This document shows, piece by piece, positions 12,324-23,900 of a DNA stretch of 64,000 nt. Position 1 is the first letter of the stretch. Each line of letters opens with the position of its first letter. The notes under the pieces are model-generated. The model was not told the DNA's origin, searched no databases, and saw nothing but the letters and a program-made list of their open reading frames with translations. The DNA comes from Harriotta raleighana. Its lineage: Eukaryota. The DNA lies in contig JBNZDD010013732.1 in NCBI GenBank assembly GCA_050575255.1, positions 22,137,235-22,201,234 of the forward strand, written 5' to 3'. Both the position numbers and the translations under genes were made by a program.

Positions 12324-14386
12324 GTGAGGCTTATTGTTTAACCATTTGAAACAAATATCAGGACTAAACTTATTATTCTGCACAAAGATTCATATAGATT
12401 TTTTCTGCATTGGCTAAAATATTAACCTTTGTATATAATGCATATGCTTGTTACCATTTTGTCTACTTCATTGCTGTCTCAATCACATAATGCCATTACA
12501 TGAGTCCATGCAAAAATGGTAAGTTTTAACAGTAAATAAAATGCAAACATTTTGGTGCATCTTCTATACTAATAACAAATCTACTTCTATCTTCCTCAAT
12601 TTTCTTCTTATAGTAATAAAACAACAATGTCTGTCTGCGATTCAAGAAGGATCTCAATAACCAATAACCAATTGACATAGAGCCATGATTTATACCTCAT
12701 CAGAAAGTTTTGCCTCTGGGAGTGACATGGGCAAATTTGTTTTCTGAGTTATTTCAGTCTTGCGTTTTTCACTGCAGATACACCTGGTGGCCACTGAGTC
12801 AAAGTGGTACATTACTTTGGCATTGTGCGACACAGAGCACGCATATGTGTACGCATGCACTGCAGTTACACCTGGTGGCTGCGGCGGCTATCTGTGGTGC
12901 TGAGGCATCCTGCGTTACAGAGCACTCAAGTAGCCAAGTGGTGGGAACAAAACATAGATAAAGCTAAGCCGTAACAACAACAAAATTTAATTTTTAAAGC
13001 ACCATTCATGTCAGAGGACATCCCAGTGGTTACAAATTATACATTTATGTTTATTATTATAAAGATGCCTAAGCAACAATCAAACCTTTCAAGGATAAGT
13101 AAAAATGTTAGAAAGTAAGTTAACAACAAGTAAAATGAAATTGAAGAAACATTTCCTCCCACAGGAGTCCTCTCCAATGAGAATAGATAAGGATGAAATA
13201 TCTGTGTGTTTGTATGTATTCCATATTGGATCCTTTGGTTGCATGGTAGCTGCAACAGGGATAGCTAGTTTTATATAAAAATAACTATTTTAAATAATGT
13301 GATAATCTACAATAGTCTACAGTTAGTAGTGAACAACAAATACTTTTTGCATTTATGATAAGTGTTATATAGCCTTGAAGACATTTGTATAATGAATTCA
13401 CTTGGAAGTCCTGTACTATAGTTACATTTCAAATGAATGACAGGATATACAGTTACTCATAATGCATTGCTATGGTACATGTCATATATAAGAATTATTC
13501 CATTTTATTTTAAAGATTATGGCAGGAAAATAAAATAATCTATTGTACAGTGTATTACAGTATTAGGTTGGAATATATTTATGGGTCAGATAACTTTCTG
13601 AATCCCCCTCAGGCTTTGCTTTCAGGTTGTATGGTGTCATCTGACCTCATGTATGTTGCAGTCTTTTACCAGCTTCCAAGGCAACTTTGTGTTGAACTTG
13701 CCAGCCTGCTGTATCTTCTTATGTGAGTTATGACATTGAAATGAATAGAGGCTTAACTGTGGAGATGGAATATAAAAGGAGGATAGTCTAAAAGGAATGC
13801 ATATGTATTGCATGGAATTTTATTTTATTAAAAAATGGCAGAATTAAAGGATTAACTGCGAGTGTTCACATGGTAATACAAGAACTAAATAGTTCACGCT
13901 TAAGCTTTGTGTGAAAGGTTTAAGTGCATTTTAAATTTAGACTAGTGGCTAGCTAATATCCTTTAACCCAAATAGTCTCTTGTGATATAAATTAGATGAA
14001 GTTAATGGGAAAAGTTTTTTTTTTTAATTGTTAGAATATATAAATTACAGTGTAAAATTATAATTGTACTAATTAAGTCCTCTTTTGCTCAAGCACTCCA
14101 GATGTCATTGCATATGATCTGTTGTCAAATTTATCCATGAAGAAACCAAGGAGTTGTCCAATATAATGTTATTTTTCCATATTTAGCATTTGGCTTTCTT
14201 TATGTTTGCTCATACCGGTAATTTCTGGTGCGAATGTTATAATTATTGAAATTTGTTTAAAAAAACCCTTGAAGGAGAATTTACAAATCAAAATTCATAG
14301 CTAATAGATGCATATAGATGTTAAAAAAGAAAGGTGTAAATATGAGTCAATTTATAATTAAGTGGTAGATAGATGTCACTAATTAT

Positions 14387-14840
14387 AATAATAATCCTTG
14401 CATTTGATATAGTGCTTTTCACATCTTATCGACGTCTCAAAGTACTTCACAGAATATATTGTAAAGTGAATTGATTGTATATTTGTGGGCGAAACGCGGC
14501 AGCCAATTGCTATAATAGTAAAGTCTTAACTCACTGTCACCTGATGACGGGACTTTGAACTCCATTACAGTGATGGGGGTCTTGTACTGAACTTTAGATG
14601 AGAAGTTAAACCAAGGTCTAGTCAAGTGGACATTAAAGATGACATGGCACTTTTTCCATGAGATTCCCCTGGCATTCCGACCAACAAATAAAATTGATCA
14701 TTCACTTCATATCTGTTTTGGGATATTGTTGGATCAATTTAGCTGCTCAGTTCGCCTGCAAAATATACAATCACTTTGCAGTATGTCCCGTGAAATCCCA
14801 TCATCCTTCCAGTATGAAAGGTGCTGTATCTTTTTGCATG
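14387..14840. mobile_element. Two back-to-back decayed DeuSINE-like fragments
   Basis: - strand tail (aataataatccttgcatttgatatagtgc) at 14387-14510, then + strand core gatgagaagttaaaccaagg...gtggacattaaagatgacatggcac. Confidence 0.6.
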
Positions 14841-15999
14841 TGTCAGACACCTAGCTAACCAAACAAAATGCAAGGACTATTATTTGGGCCTTTGTTACAT
14901 TGACAGGAGTTGAAGAGGTGGAAAAAATTATTCAGTAAAAAATTATTTCCTTCCTGGAAAGAGAACTTCTTTGTTTTGCAGCTCATACTTTTCTAATAAC
15001 TCTAGGTCTTTTTCTTTAGAGTACAATTTGCTATACCGGCCAGGAAAAAAAATGCCAAAATGTTTTTTTATTAAATCAAGCAGAATATATTTTGCAATTC
15101 AGAGAGTTACAGATGAAGTTCATTAGCTCGTGTCCTTTAGACACAGAATTACTTGGTTAGACTGAGTACTTGATTAGCACCTGAGATGCGATGATTCTCC
15201 ATTGAGTAGCAAATTACTTTAAACTGAGGGAGAAGATAAAAAAAAGACTTGTTCATTTGAGAGATTAATGAGGATGACAAACCATACCTAATATCTTAGA
15301 GCAGCATATAATACCTTTACATATGAGGTGGCATTAGTCAGTATGTTGATTGCCTACAGAGTATCACTGACTGGAGGCCAGGTGGAAGGCATTGAACTGG
15401 CTCATTACACAAACCCATATCAGTCTTGATGCCAATGGGAGAACAAGAAACAGAGAATCTGCCTTGCTTTTAGACCAAGAGTATTGCAAAGTAAAGGGAA
15501 AGTAATACATTGAACGTTACTGAGTCCCACTCTCAACAGCAATCAGAAATAATTCTGTCAAATTTTTTCTATTCCTCAATCAATTTGGAGGAGTACAAAA
15601 TAAACGTTGCTTTTCATATTGGAGAGCATCTGTGCTACTCGAGATCTTAACAAAGTATTAAAAGCACATTTGAAACATGGTATCTTTGGATGAAGGGTAA
15701 AGTAAGAATGTACTGCCTTTACTTGAATTAATAAATAATCCTTATATTTGGTATAGCATTTTCTTCCAACTTTTTCTGTTATTTGTCCTCATCTTAAGTG
15801 GGAAAATTTGAAAAGTGGAATTTGATATAGTAAAATGTAGTGGTGAGAATTGGGTGTAGATTGATGCTGTAATGGTAGAGTTCTCATTGGAATAGATGAA
15901 TGGAGATCTGGAGGGACAAGTGGGGTTACGAGTAGATAAATCTGTTGAAAGGACAAATATGTACTTTTATGTACATAGATGGTGAATAGTAAAATAAAA

Positions 16000-16500
16000 A
16001 GGTTAGGGCACTGGTTATGTCACAGTTGGAAAATTGTGCTCAGATTTGAGTGACACATTGAAAGGATATTAGTTTTGCCGCATAGCTTCACAAGGATGAT
16101 CCTGGAGATTAAAAGATATAATTATGAGGAGAAGCTCCAGGGGCTAAGTGTCTTCCTATTGGAGCGGAGAAGGCTGAGGATAATATGATAGAAGTGTTTA
16201 AATTGATTAAAAGGTTTGAGAGAATTAATCATGAAACACTATTTTCTCTAGTAAGGGAATCGATGACAAGAGGCATGAATTCCAGATTGTGATGAGGGGA
16301 ATAAAAGGAGACGATCTAGAGGACTCCAGAGGGTTGTCAGGATAAGGATTGATTTGCCAGGGCTGCCTGTTAGAGCAATCAATTGGGGGCATGCAGGTGA
16401 AATATATTAAAGGATACATGGAAAGAGGAGGAAATAGCAGCACAAAATAATGGGCTGAAAGGCTTCCCACTATGCCATACGTTTCCCTGGTTCTATGATG
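16000..16500 (+). mobile_element. Decayed CR1-type LINE 3' end
   Basis: ttcacaaggatgatcctggag...ggagcggagaaggctgagg...ataatgggctgaaaggc: same region as the 38148-38672 copy, opposite strand. Confidence 0.65.
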
Positions 16501-16729
16501 TAAATCTTGTTTGATGTATTTTGGGCACTTGAGTTATCAGATAAAGCTGGAGAAATCCCATTTGTTTAATGCTTGTTATTTATCAGAGCCTGTTTCCAGA
16601 CATTGGAAAATGAATTTCTGACCATTATAGCCTGGACGTTTTTTTCCAGGTTTGTGGATATTCAGATGAATTGTTCCTGCAGTTATTGGGTCAGGTAACA
16701 TAAAGCATGATTTTATGTGCAGTGCCTGA

Positions 16730-18490
16730 TCACTAATAGTTTGTATTCTCCTACTCTAGGTGGATGATGTCTCAGAGCCAGAGTCACGAGGCAACTCACC
16801 CATACTCAAAAGGTTGATGTTTGACCTCCATGATCCCATGTTCTTAATTTGCATACCAGTCTTTGATGCTTCAACAGTTTGGGTATTTTTATCCACCATG
16901 CCTGTACTGCTGTAATTTTAGGCTTTTTTTTTGCCCTGTCTGAAGAGGAGAATTTAGGGCAAGGGCAGAAATAGGTGCACACTGCAGAGCAGTTAGCCAT
17001 GGGGAGTATTTTTCTCTCCTGTCGTAGCTTCCACTGTCCCCAGAAAGGAATCTGCAAGATATCTCTTGATGGATGGAACATCTTTGGATCCACCTTGACA
17101 CCTTGTCTCTTAAAATTGTAAATGGAAGATGGCTAAGAAACTGTATTGAAACAAGTTCTTCGATCAAGGGCTATGATGAAAGTTTACCCGATGATTGACT
17201 TTGAAATTATCTCCAAGCCATTGCTGATACTAGCTAATCGAAACACAAAGTCTTGACAACTGAACTGCCATTTCATTAAGAGGCATCAGCAACTGAGATT
17301 TGAAACACCCCTTGCTGTAAAATGAAGGCATTCTAAAGCGAACACATGGAGTATAAGTACCAGCCTGAAACTTCTATGCAAAGAAAATTATGCTCATAAA
17401 TGAAAATATCCGTTTTGAAGACTTGTTCCAAAAACTTCATTCTTGTCTCATAGGTCACTGATGTCCGATTTGATGAGCAAGAGTTCCTCTGCTTTGCAAG
17501 TAAACATAACTTAGCACAGGTTCTCGTGCTACATGTAAATTATCTGGCAACTGGCTCTCCAGAGGAGACAGCTAGATGCTTGAAAGGGGTGATGAGCCTC
17601 CATGTTGAAGGATGTTTCACTTTACTGGTTGGGACGATTAAATGCAATCTATCAAGGACAAAAATATATTTGAGCCTGAACTACAAAATATACTGTATAT
17701 TGAGCTTTTTATAGGTGGAGTTTCAGAAAGGTTTGAGTACCGACATTTGGGGTATGTAAGATGTGGCTCTAAGCAAACCTCTATGCTGGCTCAAATCCCT
17801 TCATGTCCAGGCTGTTCACATTACCTGTTTCTCCCGAGTTATGCAGTGTGAACCACCAATGGAATCCTAATGTTGTCATATGATTATTCAAGAATCCACC
17901 TGTTCGGGGAAGGGGAGGTCTTTGAATCTATTACTTCACATTCACTGCAAGCACTAAAATGCAAGTTTTGTTTTCTAACAGCTATTTCCTCAGCTGGAAG
18001 ACTTTGTGGGACTTTGTGGATCCTCTCCTTAGATTTCTTCAGTCATTTTCTCCAAGGCAAGGAGTTAACTGAGTACTGACTGCTATTGTGTTCTTTCCTT
18101 TCACTGGTTTCTTATAGTCACCAGGGTCAAAGTCAATAAAGGATTAGTGAAGAGTCCATTAGGAGAAAAAGGTGTTTTTCAAAGTATTTCTCTTCAAGAA
18201 TCCTTATGAGCTCCCTCACCTTTTCCCTATTAGTTAGCTTTACTAGTTATTGTTCTGATTTCTATTTCTGACCAGGTCACTAAAGTCTTAACTGCTTCAG
18301 AGGTATTCCTGACTGGTGTGCAAACTTAGCAACAGAGGATTGTGAGAGGTCCAATGGTATTATCCTTTTCAGTATTCACCTCCTAATCTCTGGTTGTAGG
18401 GCATCATCCACCTAGGGTAAGAGAATACAAAGGATTAGTGAAGAGGAATACTCTGAAAAAATTATTTGAAGGTAAGTACATTTTCCTTCA
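16730..18490 (+). mobile_element. Decayed DIRS-type (tyrosine recombinase) retrotransposon relic
   Basis: Inverted terminal repeats 16730-16791 / 18378-18441, internal complementary region 18138-18205, and YR-like peptide remnants (GRWLRNCIET; FTLLVGTIKCNLSRTK). Confidence 0.65.
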
Positions 18491-19532
18491 TGATGTGCTA
18501 CACCTGACTTTTCATGCACATCATCAAGTTAGATCATCTCTCAATGGACCGACCCTCAGTGTACTAAATCGGTAAGAATTTTTTCATTGGTAAACTGATT
18601 TGGCTAGAATATCGGACATTNGTGTACTAAATTGGTAAGAATTTTTTCATTGGTAAACTGATTTGGCTAGAATATCGGACATTTCTCTATAGGAGTGACC
18701 TCAGTTTTTTCCAGGAATGCATGGTTTTGATATATACCATTAAGCACTCTGGGATGTTGCCCAGCATGAGGAGCACTGTATAAATGCAAGTTGTTGATGT
18801 TGCTTGATTTTCAGACTGCCTAATCTGTTCAGTGGCATGTAACCATTTCAAATACAGACTGAAAAGTGAGCAACATCAGCAAGCAATTTCTGAGTGAGAA
18901 TGGTTTAGCATATTTTCTCTGTTGGAATATATCTGGTCAAGCGGTTTCTCCCAACAGCATTCAGAGAGAAATAATTTTAGTAAGTATGTAAATAAGTGTA
19001 AACCTGGAAGGGAAATCAGTTATTCAATTAATTCCAAAAAAGAGCAATCATATCCTTCAGCTCCTACATTTTGTTTTAATTCCAGCTGCCAATATTCCGG
19101 TATTCCTTCAGAAAGTGAAAAATGGTAAGGTCATTAATTGTCCTTGGTTTTAATGGAGACTGTAAATTTAGTTATTCAAACACTCTTCCAGAGAATAATG
19201 GAAATTGTGCCATCTGCTCCTTTTCTTTGGTGCACACCTACTGCAGTTGAACAGGTGGAGCTATTATGCGGGAAGGTACAGGATTTTAAGTTGGCTGATC
19301 AACATGTCTATGAATATATGCTTCACAACTGAATTGAAAGGAATTTCCAATATGTAAGTGGATCATGAAGTACATCATCGCTTCCTTTTGATTTTGGTTT
19401 TTTTTAAACTTCTGTTTATAGATTTGTTTAAAAATCAACTTCAATTGAAAGGTGCTTGAAGTATCAAGTGAAGAATAAACTGAAAGCTTGGGGAAATATC
19501 CAAATTTAAACTGCAGTCATTGAATGAGACTT

Positions 19533-20280
19533 AACAACAACAAAATTATATTTGTGTAGCTCCTTTCAAGTTGGGAGGACATTCCAAGTCGTTGGATAGT
19601 CAATGTTTTGGAACCGAGCTGGGGTCAAGCTCAGGTGGGGGGTGGAGGGAAGTGGTGTGGGGAGAAGGGAAGGGTGACCAATGGCATATTAGAAGAGGAG
19701 GATCTTGAGGTGGGACTGGAAGGAGACTAGAGAGGGGGCAAGGAGGGGGGATTATGGGATGAAATTTCATAGGTTGGGGCAGAGTGGCTGAAGGCTTGCC
19801 ATCCGATGGTGGGTCATGAAATATGGGGCAAGCCGGAGCCTGCTAAGCGGAGGGAACCAGCAGTTTGGTAGGGATTTAGAAGGTTGTATAGATAGGGTGG
19901 GGCAAGACCAATCAAGGCTTTGAAGGTGAGGACCAGGATCTTGAATTGAATCCTCTGAGTGAATGGAAGCCAACCAGTGGAGTCAGGCGAGAATGGAGGT
20001 GATAGGGTCTTGGAGCCTGGTGCAAGTGAGGACATAGTCTGCAGAGTTCTGGATAATCTGCAGCCTATGGAATGAGGAATTGGTGAGGCCGACAAGCAGG
20101 GCATTGGCATAGTCGAGCCTGGACGTAATGAAGGCATGAATGAGTTTCAGCAGCCTGAGGGGTGAGGTAGTGGCGGAGTCGGGTAATGTTGCGGTTGTGA
20201 AGGAAGGCAGAGCATGGCATGGATGTGGAGGAGAAAAGAGTGTTGAGGATCAAAGAAGACCCGTAGGTTCCTGACTGTTT
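19533..20280 (-). mobile_element. L2-clade LINE 3' fragment
   Basis: - strand ORF 19814-20137 contains WLPFTQRIQFKILVLTFKALIGLAPPYLYNLLNPY (L2 ORF2 C-terminus) and upstream NITRLRHYLT; (TTG)n tail near 19533. Confidence 0.85.
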
Positions 20281-20940
20281 TAATAGCAGGTCTTTAAGTA
20301 CAGCAGATTTACCTAACTTTTGTCATGAAAACTGTAAAGGGTAGATGCCATTTTATCAGTCATTCTGCAATCCAGGTCAAGAGGATTTATTATGGATATG
20401 ATTCTGTCAAGGATCATGTTTTGGTACACAGCTTGTTTGAAACATCCTTGCTGTCACATTTTAGCATTTCTAAATGTGCGTTCTCCGTTTTATTAAAACC
20501 TTTTCATGAGGCTATAGTTGAATTGCATTCCTCTTTATGATTATTTCTGAGTCCCCTTCAGCCTTCAAAGCCATATCCCACAGAACTGTGATATTAACAA
20601 GAATATTGATAGCAACCAGTAGACTTATCCACAGCTCAGGTATTCATCATATTGCAGGTGCTTTCTCCCATCTTGATGTTCACCCCCATCCCACTTTTTA
20701 TATATTCTGTTTTGCTAAGTGGTAGAGGAGAATTGGGCAGTTTGATAGTTTCCTGTATAATCCAAAGTTTTTATGGTAACTGAGCAACCCTCGTAATAAT
20801 AAGAATAATCCTTGCATTTGATCTAGCGCTTCATCAAGTCGTCAGGATTACACTGTACAAGCAAAATGAAGAAGATCTCCAGTGCAAGGCAATGTACCTA
20901 TTTCTCAAGCAAAATGGAACAAGAGATTGACTAGCTGGGG

Positions 20941-20985
20941 CTGAGAATTGTATTCTGAGAATTGTATTCTGAGAATTGTATTCTC
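20941..20985 (+). repeat. 14-bp tandem repeat (CTGAGAATTGTATT) x3
   Basis: Directly visible. Confidence 0.9.
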
Positions 20986-23900
20986 AGGGAATGTTACAAA
21001 TGAGAATTTAAGTGATGGGCTAGAAAGAAAAAAAATGTCTATCTCTACCTCTCAAAAGTAACTCAAGGTCATTGATTTTAAAACACCAGGGGAGAACCAC
21101 ATCTGACAGTTTCCAAGCAGGTTGAATTTCATCTTGTTGGGAGTATAAATAAGAGAAGCTAACTGGATGGATGCATCCTTTACCTTTCAGGATCTTTTCC
21201 CAATATGCACAGTAGTGATATTTCAGAAGATAGCTGTTTGATGTGTGCAGATCAGAGAGATACTGGCAAATAAATAATATTTCTTGCATTTTATTTCACG
21301 CCTTATCACATTTTTGAGATGCCTCAGAAAGCACTTTGCAGAATACTGGGCAAATGGTTCCATTCAGTTAGGGAAACACATTAATTTTATTTCTACTGCT
21401 TTATACATGCAACAATACTCAGGTAGCTTCATTCATACTTGTCCTAAGAGTACAAAGCATCTTCATATTAAAGTGCAGGAGCTTGGTGCTACTGCTGCTG
21501 CAGATAAAGGCAGGTGGTGCATCTATGAAACTATTTGGTGCCTTGTGTATATTTCCACATAGGGATTGAAGAGTCCACCACAGCAAAAAGATTCAATACC
21601 ATAGAAGATCTTACATCTTAACTTCCAAAATGTTCTTGACAGTAGAGTACTTTCTCAGATTGTGACAACTATGTATCTCTCTATCTTTAGATAACTGGCT
21701 ACCAGTAGGTCACTCAAGATGTTGGTTGTGCTGTTCAGCAAGATGTTAACCAGGTTTTATAGTAAAAATCAAAAACATTCTCAACTAATTGTATGAAAGA
21801 CTTGTCCTTTGCACAACCTTTGTTCTAAACTATTCAAGGCAAGGTATTGTTACTCTGCAGAGTTTATGTCGAGCTAAATGTGATGTGCAGCTCCTGGGAT
21901 TGATGACTAGATTCTTTTTTGACAAACCAAACTCTCCTGGGATAGATTTCATAGCAACCTCCCGGACTGAACAGTCATTGAGATTCTGATACAGTAGCCT
22001 TCAATAGAATGCCAAATCCCAAGGATTGGGGCATATTTATATCTCTTTTTTGTCTGGTAGTCCAGAACAATCCAGATTTGAGCAGTCTTTCCCCTGAATA
22101 GTTATTGTCCAAGAAAATAAAGAATTTTGGACATTCTGACTGAGCGTTGATCAACCCTTTCAAAAACTCAAATGGACAGAATTTGGTAATATAGATAAGA
22201 AGGTTGCTATCACGAAATCCACAAAATCTCCAATTGATTATTGGGAGGGCAAATGTATCCAGAATTGGTTTGCTGCCACTTTGTGTTTATGGTTGATACT
22301 CCAGTGCAGCATTGACGGTGCATTGTATTCCAAAAAGTGGAATACTTCAGATTACATATTAAATCAAAGTCCTGTTTACCTGTTGAAATGGACGCGATTG
22401 AACCTATGATATAATTTGAAGAGAGATGAGTGTTTCTCCTGGTGTCCTGAGTAATAATCCTTCTTTTGAATTGGTTATTCACCCCTGGCTGTTTATGCAA
22501 ATTGACTGCCATATTTGAAAAAGTGAAATGTAGTTAAATGGTGGAGCTACCTTATCTTAGTTGCTTGGACAAAGCAGTTTTTAATTCAGGTATGATTTTG
22601 CCAAAAAATGAGTGAGTTTCACTTACCTATCAGTAAATCACGTTTTTCACTTAACACAACAATCACCTTGCTGAAGCTTCACTTTTATCCCAATGAAAGT
22701 ATGTCTCACTATTGATAATCACTGATCTTTAGCTTTCTGCAAAAATAAAACTAAGTACAGTATTTCTCAACTGAGTCAATGCAGTATTTTCTAAGGGAAC
22801 AAAACTTCAGATGAAGTCAATGAGCACTGAGTAGTAAATTCTAAGTTAAAAACTCCAAGGCAAAAACTATCAGGGAAGCTTGAAGTTACCTTCCACTTTG
22901 CTGTAGCAGCTTAATGGATCATCCAGTGCTATCTGTAAAACAACTACTGGAGTAAGATGTATGCTTTAATCAAATATAATTGTTTTGATCTGAAAAATCA
23001 TAGTTCTTTAAGGCTTTGATCATTTATGTCTTAGAGCTTATGATTTATGTTTTAAGAGTCCATTATTATCAACTACTTGATCCAATTCAGATGTGTTGAA
23101 CAAATAAACAAGAAAGTTATATTAATTCCCATTAATATGGCCTTTCCTGTTCTTTGACGGTTATTCAACCTTAATATGTAAAACTTCTGCCCAGCCTTCT
23201 ATCTTTTCTTTTAGATCTGTTACTACTTGGAGTATTTAATTTTAATATTACATTGCACTGATTGTCTTGTTTTCCAGTGTATTGTTAAACTCTTTTCAAG
23301 TTGAAGAACTTATTTAATATTTTATTCAGTATATGATCTCATAGATTCCTGGTGGGGAATATTATATGATCAAAAATGTTAGCACAAGGATTTTCTAACC
23401 TAGGTGGTAATCTCATGTTTTCAAAGAATACAGAAGACCATATCTGTGGAAGGTGGTTATTATCTGGTGGCTTTGTGGGTGGTAATTGACTTCAGAACTA
23501 GAATAACTGGCAATGGAAGTATGTTTCTGTAGACAAGACTTTCATCACTGGTATTTTTTAAAAAAAACGTAATGGAACTTGTATAGTGAAATAAACATTT
23601 CACATTGTGATATTCGAAATGATCATTTAGAATAGATTGAGCCCATCCTCTAAAGGAAGACTAATTCTACTCTGATTACATTTACCTCAACAAGATGGAA
23701 CTTGTTGGATCTGTTTTTTTCCTCTTGCTGGACCTCAAACTGTTATACAATCTTCATATTCACACGCGTTTCGCTCAAAATGTTGCTGGAAATCATACAC
23801 TAGAGTATAGAAGACTGGCTAATGTTCAATAATGGAATTCAAATAGTTGTTGAATGCAATTGACTTTTAGGATTTTCTGCCTTTGGCTCCTCATAATCTT

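Noticed and set aside
17173-17228. C/D-box snoRNA-like ATGATGA...CTGA
   Set aside because: Too short, no convincing terminal stem or guide, and lies inside the DIRS relic; other ATGATGA hits (e.g. near 45730) lack a D box.
18559-18683. 62-bp tandem duplication
   Set aside because: The copies are joined by a single N (18621) and differ by one C/T, typical of an unmerged contig overlap or haplotypes; assembly artefact.
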